A stretch of DNA of 64,000 nucleotides from an uncultured Thermotogae bacterium. GTDB lineage: Bacteria; Bipolaricaulota; Bipolaricaulia; UBA7950; UBA9294. The stretch is from contig CAZFZM010000010.1 of assembly GCA_964523545.1 (NCBI GenBank), positions 1,350 through 65,349 of the forward strand, written 5' to 3'. How positions within the stretch are numbered: the first letter of the stretch is position 1; each line of letters begins with the position of its first letter. Under the pieces are notes generated by a model, which searched no databases, was not told the origin of the DNA, and saw only the letters and a list, made by a program, of their open reading frames with translations. Below, piece by piece: positions 1 through 8,561 of this stretch. Made by a program: the position numbers and the translations under genes.

Positions 1-3000
1 CGCGGGCCAGGTACCCCAGCTGGCTTAGGCACGACGCGCGGCCGAGGCGGTCGGCTTGTTCGAACAAGTCCAGGCTGCGGCGGTACCAGGCCTCGGCCTG
101 GTCGGGATCGCGCAGGGCGGGAACTTCGTCGTCAACGTACGCATTGCCCAGGCTGAATGCAGTCACGGCCGCGTGGGGCCGGTCGCCGATGCGCTCGGCA
201 ATCTCCAGCGCCTCGCGGTAGTGCGTGGCGCACTCCACCTCACCGCGCTTCCGCTGGACTTCCGCTAGGCCGTGCAGGCACGCCCCCAGCGAGCGCATGG
301 TAGCGCGGGCCGAGCCGTCGAGAGCTGCGGTGGGCTGGTCCAGGAATCGCGTGGCGCGGCGGCGAGCCCATTCCACGAGCAGGCGTTGCAGGCGCTCGGC
401 TTCGGACCAGTCGCGCGATTCCTTTACGAGCTGAACGCGGTATTCCGTTACGAGGCTCCAATCCTCTTCGCGGCCGGCCAGAGGACCGTCGGTCGCGGGG
501 TCCACGAAGTCAGGGACGATCTCCTCGACGAGCCGCGTCCATTCGGGCCGCCGGCCGGTATCGCCGTACAGAATCCGCAAACCCTGCATCGTGCCAGTAA
601 GGGCGTCGTGCCAGTCGTTCCCGCGGGCGATGCGATGGGCGTGGAGCAGGTTGGCCTCCTCCGCCGCGAGCGTAGCGATGACGTCGCGGTTGCCCTCTTC
701 GTACTCTCCGTGGTAGTAGCTTCCGAGTACGGCCATAGCCACGGCAAAGGCGCGAAGCGGGGCCTGCCCGTCGGGGTAGCGCTCTTCGAATAGAGATCTG
801 AAGAACCAGGGGAGGGCGGGGTGAATGGCGTAGTAGCCGCCGCCATGGGCGTCCACGAGCCCCACGTCCGCCGCCCGGTCGAGCAGGTCGATCCACGATT
901 CGCGGGGCAAGCCCTCGATCTCGGGAAGGCGCCAGTCAGTCTCCGAAAGGCCCATCGCACGTAGCACGTCCACGTCCACAAATCCTTGGAACAAGTGGAT
1001 CAAGGCAAGGCGCTGGCGATCCGCGTCGTCGAACGCGGCGTCGAAGCCATAACTCAGGGAAGCACCAAGGGACTTCGATCGGCCCTCTTCCGGCTCATCC
1101 TCGAACTCGACTTCGCCGGTCCGAACGCGCTCCACGTAGGACCTAATCTGGTCACGGGAGGTCAGCCCCTCTCGCAAGACTTGGCAGACGTTGACGGTGA
1201 TGGTCATCGGGTTTCCGCGGGTGTAAGCCAGCAAGGGCCGCCAGTCATCCACAGCCGTGAACTCGCGGCCGCGGCGCTCGACGAGGGCGCGAGCAAGCTG
1301 TACGCGCTCGGTCATCGGCATGGGCGGCACGGTCACTCGGTGGGGCAGCTCGCCAAGCCAATCGCCCTCGTCGCGACGGGACGTGATAAGGATCTTCGCC
1401 TTAGTCCCTCGCACGGCCCGCAGGAAGTCACGAAGCTCGTCCTGCTCGTCTTTCGACCAGCCCGACTCGCTGCCGCGCGGGAACCCGTGGACCGGCTCGA
1501 TGTTGTCCCAGATCCACAGCACCGGCACCTGTCGCATAACCTGCAGGGCAACGTCGCGTATCTTCTCGGTCTCGGTTAGGGCTGACCAGTTCACACCGAC
1601 GGCTTCGAGCGATGGCCCGAAGATCTCCCCGAAGTGGCCGAGGACGCTCCGCAGTGGGGTGTAGTGTTCGAAGCTGGTGAACAACACCGGTCCGCTGCTG
1701 CGCTGGCCGTCGCTCAAGCCGCCGGTTTCGTGGTACCAGCGGGCGAACTCCACGGCCGTGGCTGTCTTGCCGCTGCCGGCATAGGCGTGCAGCAGTACGA
1801 CGTTGTTCCGATCGAAGGCCCGATCCAGCGCGAGCAGCGTCTCGTCGCGCCCGAAGAACCCCGCGTCTGGCGCGGCCGGCAGCGCGCGGTCAATATCTCC
1901 TGCCTTCTCGACTCCCTTGGAATCGGCCCCCGCGGAGACGGAGATGCGCGGCGTACCGTCGTCCTCTGCCGCCTCGGGGAAAAGCCAAATCGGCGCGGCC
2001 TCGAAGACCACGGGCACTGACCAATCCTGTAAGGGAATGGGATCGTAGGCAATGGACCGCTCAAGACGGGCGGCAAGCTGCTTGCGCCCATCCGTCACCG
2101 CCTCCCCAAGCGACCTCCCCCGGGCCAACGCGCTGTACAAGTCAGCCACGAACTGGGCCGCCGTCACCACGTAGACGTTGTACCGCATGGCCACCACCCC
2201 AGCCACGCCCTGGTCAATGACTTCCTGGGCCAGCGACCCGAACGCCCTCACCTGCGCGTGCGGGTCGCTGGCCGTCGTCTCCTCAGGAGCACCCAGCGGC
2301 TCCGCATGAGCTGACCGGCAGGCGTTCAGTACAAGCACCGGCGTCTCGGTCTGATACAGCAAGTCGCCCAGGACTGTGCCGTCGACAAGCTCGACGTTGT
2401 TCTCTGTGTCCGCGTTCTCGAAGCAGAGGTAACCGTGCGAACCCTTGCGAGGAGCAGTGAGCGCGATTGCACCTAAGCGCTTCAGCCACTCGGCCACGTT
2501 CTGCTCGTCCGGCGTCTCCAGGTAGGCGCCGTGTCCGTCGAAATGGACCACGTGGTACGGCTGCCCTGACTCCCGAGCGCCGCGTAGCACCTCGCCCAGG
2601 CGTCCGAACGTGGGGGGGCGCAGAACGTCGAGCTGGTAATGCTGGTGGGTCTCTTCGGTCAGCCCCTTGATCAGCCGGCTGGCCACGGAGCGGAACGGCA
2701 CGTCCTCGCCCCCACCAGGTCGGCAGATGACGAGGAGAATACTGATCGGCTCGCCAGCACTCGCAGGCAGGTTGGGCAGGCGGACGTTGCGCGCGGTCCC
2801 GTGCTGCGTTCGCACGAATGCCGGTACGTGGAGGGCAAAGGTTGAGTCCGTCTTCGCGTCGCGCAGCAGCTCCCACGGAATCGCGGTCACATCCTGTACT
2901 GAAGCGCTGATTTCCACGCGCGTCTCATGGAGTCGTGGCCGCAACTGGGCCCACAGGTCACGGGCGTCGTCGCTCGAGTGGAAGACAGCCTTGAACAGCT

Positions 3001-3241
3001 TCGTGCCCAGCTCCGCGATCCGCCCCTCGATCCGCCGTGCAATCGTCGGCGCCGGTTCGTGCGGGTTCTGCAAGAAGTCCTCGAAGTACCAGCGCAGATC
3101 ACTCTGGTCGTTCTCCGCCAGCACAAACGAAAACTCGGAGACAGCCGAAAGGTCAGCCTCACCCTCGATGCCGGACAGCTCCACCTCCACCCGGTGTTGT
3201 CCGTTTGTATCGCTGTGCTGTCTCAACCGCAGTACTGGCAT
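1..3241 (-). CDS. CHAT (caspase-like) peptidase domain fused to STAND/NB-ARC-type P-loop NTPase and C-terminal TPR-like repeats; partial, C-terminus lies beyond the left window edge
   Basis: Absent from the supplied ORF track (no in-window stop). My own translation of the minus strand from ATG 3241-3239 (GGAGGG 5 nt upstream) stays open for ~1080 codons to position 1. None of the listed minus ORFs in 1-3241 is in this frame. Starts MPVLRLRQHSDTNGQHRVEVELSG. Caspase/CHAT-type dyad motifs PYHVVHFDGHGAY (~2528-2545) and PVLVLNACRSA (~2309-2329). Walker A LLHAYAGSGKTATAVEFA (~1760-1780), Walker B-like PVLWIWDNIEP. Helical TPR-like tail (AEAWYRRSLDLFEQADRLGRASCLSQLGYLA). Confidence 0.8.
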   Translation of the reverse strand, partial: MPVLRLRQHSDTNGQHRVEVELSGIEGEADLSAVSEFSFVLAENDQSDLRWYFEDFLQNPHEPAPTIARRIEGRIAELGTKLFKAVFHSSDDARDLWAQLRPRLHETRVEISASVQDVTAIPWELLRDAKTDSTFALHVPAFVRTQHGTARNVRLPNLPASAGEPISILLVICRPGGGEDVPFRSVASRLIKGLTEETHQHYQLDVLRPPTFGRLGEVLRGARESGQPYHVVHFDGHGAYLETPDEQNVAEWLKRLGAIALTAPRKGSHGYLCFENADTENNVELVDGTVLGDLLYQTETPVLVLNACRSAHAEPLGAPEETTASDPHAQVRAFGSLAQEVIDQGVAGVVAMRYNVYVVTAAQFVADLYSALARGRSLGEAVTDGRKQLAARLERSIAYDPIPLQDWSVPVVFEAAPIWLFPEAAEDDGTPRISVSAGADSKGVEKAGDIDRALPAAPDAGFFGRDETLLALDRAFDRNNVVLLHAYAGSGKTATAVEFARWYHETGGLSDGQRSSGPVLFTSFEHYTPLRSVLGHFGEIFGPSLEAVGVNWSALTETEKIRDVALQVMRQVPVLWIWDNIEPVHGFPRGSESGWSKDEQDELRDFLRAVRGTKAKILITSRRDEGDWLGELPHRVTVPPMPMTERVQLARALVERRGREFTAVDDWRPLLAYTRGNPMTITVNVCQVLREGLTSRDQIRSYVERVRTGEVEFEDEPEEGRSKSLGASLSYGFDAAFDDADRQRLALIHLFQGFVDVDVLRAMGLSETDWRLPEIEGLPRESWIDLLDRAADVGLVDAHGGGYYAIHPALPWFFRSLFEERYPDGQAPLRAFAVAMAVLGSYYHGEYEEGNRDVIATLAAEEANLLHAHRIARGNDWHDALTGTMQGLRILYGDTGRRPEWTRLVEEIVPDFVDPATDGPLAGREEDWSLVTEYRVQLVKESRDWSEAERLQRLLVEWARRRATRFLDQPTAALDGSARATMRSLGACLHGLAEVQRKRGEVECATHYREALEIAERIGDRPHAAVTAFSLGNAYVDDEVPALRDPDQAEAWYRRSLDLFEQADRLGRASCLSQLGYLAR

Positions 3242-3583
3242 GAGACCCTCCAGATCACGGGCAAAGGTAGAGTTCGCCTACGAAGTGTCAGTCCGTCATA
3301 GGGCTGCTTCTCAAGTCACATCGGGCTAGTGGTCATCGCTCTTTCGGTGACATCAATGTAGTTGCACTCCCACGGAGACTCCTGCATTCTATCCTACGGA
3401 GACGGACCAGTTCAATCAGTACTCGCGCTTGCACCACAGTTCTGCGCTTCCTCCTACCTCTTCATCGCCGCCTTGACCAAGTACTGGCCCATGTCCTACA
3501 GGCCGCCGCGGAGACGGTGCGCCTTCTCCAGCGTCACCCGGTCTAGCCTTCACGGCCCGCCGCCATCGGGTATCCTTCGTCCC

Positions 3584-4465
3584 ATGTCCGGTCCGAGGGG
3601 GATCGCCATCCGATCCGTGTGCGCGAACGTCTTCTTCCTGGCCGCGGTCCTCACGGTTGCCGGTCCGACCGCACACGCCGAGGAACCGGACGTCGCCACG
3701 CTCCTCGCCGAAGCCGACGCGCTCTTCGACCGGTGGAGCCGACCGTTCGACCTCGATGCCTACGAAGCGTCCCTCCGGACCGCGATCGACCACTGGGAGG
3801 AGGCCCTTCCGCTTCTCCCCACAGAGGACGTCGAGAGCCGCGTCCTCGTGCTCAACCGGCTCTCTCAGGCGTACTACGAGCTCGCCTTCGCGTACCTCGA
3901 GACGTCAAGGGACAAGGAAGCGACGTACGAGGAGGGAAAGGACGCCGCACTCGCAGCACTCGAACTCGACCCAACGTTCGTCGCGGCCCGGAAGCGGGAC
4001 GGCTTCCGCGCCGCCCTTCGCGCGGCCACCGACGTCACCTCGATCTTCTGGTACGGGAACAACCTCGGTCAGTGGCTCGACTACCACCACTTCACGGCGC
4101 TCTTCGGCGGCGTGCGCGACTTGGAGGCCTCGTTCGCGCGGGCGATCGAACTCGACGAGACGTACGGCGGCGGCGGCCCACATCGCTCGATGGCGGCGTT
4201 CCTCGCCCAAGCGTACTTTGCCGTCGGGCGGAGCCGCGCCGACGCGGTCTCCCACTTCGAGCGGTCGATCGAGATCGACCCGACCTACCTCGAGAACCAC
4301 GTCAACTACGCCGAGTACTACGCTCGAGCGGTCGGCGACGACGAGCTGCTCGACAATCTCATCGCGACGGTTCTGGAAGCCGCCGAGGATCCGGACGTCG
4401 TCGCGGCCCACCCGTTCTACAACGCGCTCGCGATCGACCGGGCGCGAAGCCTCACCCGCCCGTAG
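3584..4465 (+). CDS. Secreted helical-repeat (TPR-like) protein
   Basis: In-frame part of track ORF 3362..4465. ATG 3584 gives MSGPRGIAIRSVCANVFFLAAVLTVAGPTAHA/EEPD, a signal peptide. The rest is helical repeats (NRLSQAYYELAFAYLE, RSIEIDPTYLENHVNYAEYYA). It resembles TPR/TatT-like periplasmic proteins, unverified. Confidence 0.55.
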   Translation: MSGPRGIAIRSVCANVFFLAAVLTVAGPTAHAEEPDVATLLAEADALFDRWSRPFDLDAYEASLRTAIDHWEEALPLLPTEDVESRVLVLNRLSQAYYELAFAYLETSRDKEATYEEGKDAALAALELDPTFVAARKRDGFRAALRAATDVTSIFWYGNNLGQWLDYHHFTALFGGVRDLEASFARAIELDETYGGGGPHRSMAAFLAQAYFAVGRSRADAVSHFERSIEIDPTYLENHVNYAEYYARAVGDDELLDNLIATVLEAAEDPDVVAAHPFYNALAIDRARSLTRP

Positions 4466-5192
4466 AGCGTTCCTCCGACGTGACCGTGGGAGGCACGCCC
4501 TGATCCCCGCGTTCGAGGCGAGTGATCGCGTCGTAAGCCACCATGTAGCTCGTAGCGTGCAGCGGACCGAGGAACAGCGTCCCGCTCAACAGGGAGAAGA
4601 GCTGGATCGCCCAGAGCGGAATCCGGATCTCGGGCCAAGCCGCCGAAATGGCCACGGCGACGACAATGGCGATCGTCGGAAGACTCAGCAGCAGGCTGAT
4701 CCCGAACAACGTCCCGCGGTATCCGGCGGTGAGCTCCTTGCTGCGGCGCATCGCCTCCACGGCTCCGATCGTCGGTCGGGACCCGCCGCCCGCCGGCCGA
4801 TCGAGAACGACGATCGGCGCGAACGCGAACATGATCGCCCAGACGATTCCAGGAACGATGAACAGGAAGAAGCCAACGACGACCGCCAGCGACGTGAGAA
4901 GATAAACGAGAGCGAGGGTCCCCCACTGCGAGAAGCCCCGAAACAGGTCACGAAACGCGGCCGGCTCGCCCCGCACGACCCGCACCGCGAGGAGGTACTG
5001 CCCGGCGTACAGCGGCGCAAGTAGCAGGACGTACAGCACCAGGTTGAGCCAGACCCACGACCCCAAGTCGGGGAAGGCCAGGTCGATCGCCTGCTGCACC
5101 GCCAGGATGACGAGCCACGCACCGACGAGAAGCGGAAACCGCCGCACGAGCACGTCGATTCCCTCGCGAAGGCAGGACCACGTTGAAATCAT
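4452..5192 (-). CDS. Integral membrane protein of unknown function (about 5-6 TM)
   Basis: Track ORF 4452..5219 trimmed to ATG 5192 (MISTWSCLREGIDVLVRRFPLLVGAWLVILAV). Alternating hydrophobic segments throughout. The 3' end overlaps the convergent gene by 14 nt. Confidence 0.55.
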   Translation of the reverse strand: MISTWSCLREGIDVLVRRFPLLVGAWLVILAVQQAIDLAFPDLGSWVWLNLVLYVLLLAPLYAGQYLLAVRVVRGEPAAFRDLFRGFSQWGTLALVYLLTSLAVVVGFFLFIVPGIVWAIMFAFAPIVVLDRPAGGGSRPTIGAVEAMRRSKELTAGYRGTLFGISLLLSLPTIAIVVAVAISAAWPEIRIPLWAIQLFSLLSGTLFLGPLHATSYMVAYDAITRLERGDQGVPPTVTSEERSTGG

Positions 5193-5273
5193 CGAATACC
5201 CCCAGCGCATGGAGCGCAATCAGCGTAGCGTGTCCCTCCGAGACGGACAAGGACCGTGGGCCTCTCTTCGCCG

Positions 5274-5837
5274 TCAGCTGAGCCGGAGGCGCATCTCGGG
5301 CAGCGCGTCTCGGACCTCGAAACCAAGATCCTCGTACAGGCTCCGCCCGTCGGACGACGCGTGGAGGCTGGCGATTGGAACCCCTTCGGATCGGAGCACC
5401 TCCACGACGTGCTCGAACAGCGCGCGGGCGATGCCGCGCCGCCGCCAGGGAGGAAGCGTCACGAGGTTCATGATGTAGCCGACCTTCCCGATCGAGTTCG
5501 ACGGGCCCGGCGGAACGGAGTGGACGACGAGTCCGATCGACGCGATCGGCTCCCCTTCGCCGGGTTCGATCGGCGCAATGGACTCGCCCTCGCAGGTTCC
5601 GGTCTGACCGGAACCTGTCACGCCTCCGGTGTCAGCACCGGAGGCGACGGCCACCCAGACGCGGAAGACGCCGGCCGGGATCTGCTCCTTGAAGTACTCG
5701 AGGCTCGCGTCGGCGACTCGATCGAGCGTCTTCGGGTCGTCGATTCCCATCCCCTCGAACATCGCGCGACGCAACGCGACGAGCCGCTCGACTTCCTCGA
5801 CCCGTCCTTCCCGGATCGTCCACTCGACCGTGCTCAC
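5274..5837 (-). CDS. GNAT-family N-acetyltransferase
   Basis: C-terminal 187 codons of track ORF 5274..6128. GTG 5837 overlaps the upstream stop (GTGA). Acetyl-CoA motif PPWRRRGIARALFEHVV. The N-terminal part of the track ORF is an Arg/Pro-rich shadow overlapping the upstream gene. Confidence 0.75.
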   Translation of the reverse strand: MSTVEWTIREGRVEEVERLVALRRAMFEGMGIDDPKTLDRVADASLEYFKEQIPAGVFRVWVAVASGADTGGVTGSGQTGTCEGESIAPIEPGEGEPIASIGLVVHSVPPGPSNSIGKVGYIMNLVTLPPWRRRGIARALFEHVVEVLRSEGVPIASLHASSDGRSLYEDLGFEVRDALPEMRLRLS

Positions 5838-6535
5838 GGCTTCCTCGCGACGTAGAGGCCCCGGCCGGTGAGCCCTTCCGGATCGTAGCGGACGTCGAGT
5901 CCGACCGCCGAGAACGCACCGGTCATCTCGTCGACCGTGTACAGGCCGAGCTCGTGGTGCTCGACGACGTGCTCCGTTTTCTCCGGCGTGCCGATCAGGT
6001 GGTGGAGGTCGAAGACCGACACGCGCCCCTCGGTGAAGCTGGTGTTGACCCGGGCGATCTTCAGCTGCGGCTCGTCGATGAACAGCCCGTGGACGGTGTT
6101 CGACCTCCACGCGTCCGGCGTCAGCCACGGCTCGACGATCAGGAATCCGCCGGGGACGAGGTGGGCGGCCATCCGCTCGATCGCGCGGTGAAGATCGTCG
6201 GCCGTCGTCATGTAGCCGATCGAACTGAACAGACAGGTGACGACGTCGAAGCGGGCGTCCAGCTCGAACGTCCGCATGTCGGCGGTGTGGTGCGTCAGCT
6301 TCGGGTTCCGCTCGCGAGAGATCTCGAGGAGCTCCGGCGAGAGATCGAGACCCTCGGCGTCGAAGTGCGCCTTGAGCTGCTCCAGATGGAGACCGGTCCC
6401 GCAGGCGACGTCGAGGAGCCGCCGCCCGCCGGTGCGGAGCTCTTCCTCGACGATCACGCGGATCTTCGAGGCCTCGGCCGCGTAGTCCTTGAACGCGTAG
6501 ATCCGGTCGTAGTACCGCGCGGTCTCCTTGAACAC
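5834..6535 (-). CDS. Class I SAM-dependent methyltransferase
   Basis: Track ORF 5834..6631 trimmed to GTG 6535 (GGGAGG 4 nt upstream). SAM motif I LLDVACGTGLHLEQL, post-I DVVTCLFSSIGY. The C-terminal part resembles sugar N,N-dimethyltransferase-like MTases, from memory. Confidence 0.75.
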   Translation of the reverse strand: MFKETARYYDRIYAFKDYAAEASKIRVIVEEELRTGGRRLLDVACGTGLHLEQLKAHFDAEGLDLSPELLEISRERNPKLTHHTADMRTFELDARFDVVTCLFSSIGYMTTADDLHRAIERMAAHLVPGGFLIVEPWLTPDAWRSNTVHGLFIDEPQLKIARVNTSFTEGRVSVFDLHHLIGTPEKTEHVVEHHELGLYTVDEMTGAFSAVGLDVRYDPEGLTGRGLYVARKP

Positions 6536-6681
6536 GCCGCCTCCCTTCCGCTGCCGGCGATCGTACCGGCGCGTCGACGGGCCGTCCAGATCCCGGCCGC
6601 TGCCGGTCCGTTCGTACGGCAACCCCCCCAACGCTACACTCGAATCGAAGACGGCGAAGGGAGGTCCTCTACAAGACGACG

Positions 6682-7656
6682 ATGGATCGGCTCGAACGCA
6701 TCCCGGACTCGGAGAGGTTCGATCAGTACGCCCGGCTCGCGCGCAAGGCGCTTTCGGCGTACGGCCTGGACGAAGCGCGGCTGACCCATCTCGGAGACGC
6801 CGAGAACGTGACGTTCGAGGTCGCGACCGGCGATCCCTCCCGACACTACGCCCTGCGCATCTGCGGGTCCGAGCACGACCCCGACGCCCTACGGCGCGAG
6901 ATCCTCTGGTTGACCGCCATCCGCCGCGACACGGATCTCGTCGTCCCCGAGCCGATCCTCACCATGGAAGGGGAGCTGGTCCGAAGGGTTTCGATCGCCG
7001 GGGTCTCCGGATTCCACTCCTGCGTCCTCCTCCGCTGGGTCGACGGCGAGTCTCGCGACCGGGAACTCGCTCCGGCCCACCTCCACGCCGTGGGTCGCCT
7101 CATGGCGACGCTCCATACCTACGCCGAGACGTTCCGATGGCCGGAGGAAATCACGCCGCCCCGACGGAACGCGACGCTGATGTCGGAGGTCCTCGACGAA
7201 GGCCTCCTGCGAACCCGGTACTCCGTTGACGAGTTGGAGGTCTTCCGGCGCGCGATCGAGTCGATCTCGGTGGCGATGTCGACCCTTCGGGACGGACCGA
7301 GGATCGCGGGCGTCATCCACGGACGGCTGGGCCCTTGCCATCTCCTCTTCCACGGTGGCGAGGCCCGCGCGATCGGCTTCGACCGATGTCGCTGGGGCTA
7401 CTACGCCTACGACCTCGCGACGATCCGGAGCTACGTCGAGGGCCGGGAGACCGGAGACGAGTTGGTCGCGGCGCTGCTCGAAGGGTATCGGTCGCTCCGA
7501 GACCTCCTGAAGGACGTCGAGCGCCACGTCCCCCTCTTCGGCGCCCTTCGGTCGATCGATCGGATTCAGTCGATCCTCGCCGCACCCGCGGGACGGGGCG
7601 AACGAAACCTCGGCAACGAGTACGAAACGCTCCGGCGCGTCGTCGAAGCAAACTGA
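6682..7656 (+). CDS. Aminoglycoside/choline-kinase-like phosphotransferase fold protein with a degenerate catalytic loop
   Basis: APH-fold landmarks: N-lobe (YALRICG), C-lobe VIHGRLGPCHLLF and IGFDRCRWGYYAYDLA. The Brenner motif HxDxxxxN reads H-G-R-L-G-P-C-H at 7318-7341. Confidence 0.7.
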   Translation: MDRLERIPDSERFDQYARLARKALSAYGLDEARLTHLGDAENVTFEVATGDPSRHYALRICGSEHDPDALRREILWLTAIRRDTDLVVPEPILTMEGELVRRVSIAGVSGFHSCVLLRWVDGESRDRELAPAHLHAVGRLMATLHTYAETFRWPEEITPPRRNATLMSEVLDEGLLRTRYSVDELEVFRRAIESISVAMSTLRDGPRIAGVIHGRLGPCHLLFHGGEARAIGFDRCRWGYYAYDLATIRSYVEGRETGDELVAALLEGYRSLRDLLKDVERHVPLFGALRSIDRIQSILAAPAGRGERNLGNEYETLRRVVEAN

Positions 7657-7662
7657 GCCTTC

Positions 7663-7703
7663 GGAAAACGAAACGGGGCGCCGCCTGTGCGAAGCGGCGC
7701 CCC
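7663..7703 (-). terminator. Intrinsic terminator of the MMPL/LolA-like operon
   Basis: Minus-strand RNA: GGGGCGCCGC-(9 nt loop)-GCGGCGCCCC (10-bp perfect stem, 7675-7684/7694-7703) followed by GUUUCGUUUUCC. It lies 23 nt after the stop at 7727. Confidence 0.65.
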
Positions 7704-7726
7704 CGCTGTGAACCTCGTCTCGACTC

Positions 7727-8542
7727 CTAGAAGCCCCACACGGCCGGATCGAACGTCGTCAGGTTGTCCGGGGAGAACACCTCGTCGGCGATCTCGGCGT
7801 CCGGCCGACGCCGCTCGATCACGGTGATCAGCGTCGAGCTCTCATCGAGCACGTCGGTACTCAGCATCTCCGAGAACGTCAGCATCCCCTCGAACTCGGT
7901 CAGGGAGACGACCTCAATCGTCGCCGAGAGGTTCCCCAGGTCGTTGTACGACTCGGCCTTCAGCATGATGAACGCTTCGGTATCGACCCAGAGGATCGAG
8001 CGTGGCGTGTCGGTATCGACGCCGTCCTTCGCGATCGACTCGATCACGTAGGCCATCCGCGTCTCGTCACCGATCACCAGCTCCTCTTCGCGGAGGAGCT
8101 TCGCCTCGAAGTCGTTTCGATCGTTCTCGCCCCCAAGCTCGTCGTACGACATCGAGCTCCCGGCGAAGCTGCCGCCGCGCTCTTCGTCCGAGACAAGCTC
8201 CTTCGGGATCCCAAGCAGCGGGAGGTAGAGCCAGAGGCGCGAGTCACTCCCGTCGTTAATCTCGTGCGTCAGGAAGATCGTCCCGGCCACGTCGGCAGGC
8301 TCGATGAAGTAGAGCAGCGCGAAGTTCGGCTTCGAGAGCATACCGAACACGTTGCTCGCGGTCGTCTCATCGCGGTACGTGTTGTCGAACCGCATCGTGC
8401 CGACCATGCTCCCCTCGGCCAGCTTGTCACCTTCCTCTTCCATCCGGTCGAGGATCTCGTCGGCGGTCAGTGCAACGGCCGCGAATCCCGCCAGGAGCAC
8501 CATCGCTGCCGTGATCGTCCAAACCATCGTCTTCTTCAACAT
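7727..8542 (-). CDS. LolA-like outer-membrane lipoprotein-sorting/carrier-fold protein (secreted)
   Basis: Track ORF 7727..8683 trimmed to ATG 8542 (GGAGGAGG upstream). Signal peptide MLKKTMVWTITAAMVLLAGFAAVALTA. The beta-rich body resembles LolA-like proteins that accompany RND/MMPL exporters (memory-based call). Confidence 0.6.
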   Translation of the reverse strand: MLKKTMVWTITAAMVLLAGFAAVALTADEILDRMEEEGDKLAEGSMVGTMRFDNTYRDETTASNVFGMLSKPNFALLYFIEPADVAGTIFLTHEINDGSDSRLWLYLPLLGIPKELVSDEERGGSFAGSSMSYDELGGENDRNDFEAKLLREEELVIGDETRMAYVIESIAKDGVDTDTPRSILWVDTEAFIMLKAESYNDLGNLSATIEVVSLTEFEGMLTFSEMLSTDVLDESSTLITVIERRRPDAEIADEVFSPDNLTTFDPAVWGF

Positions 8543-8561
8543 GGAATCCTCCTCCGGGGAC

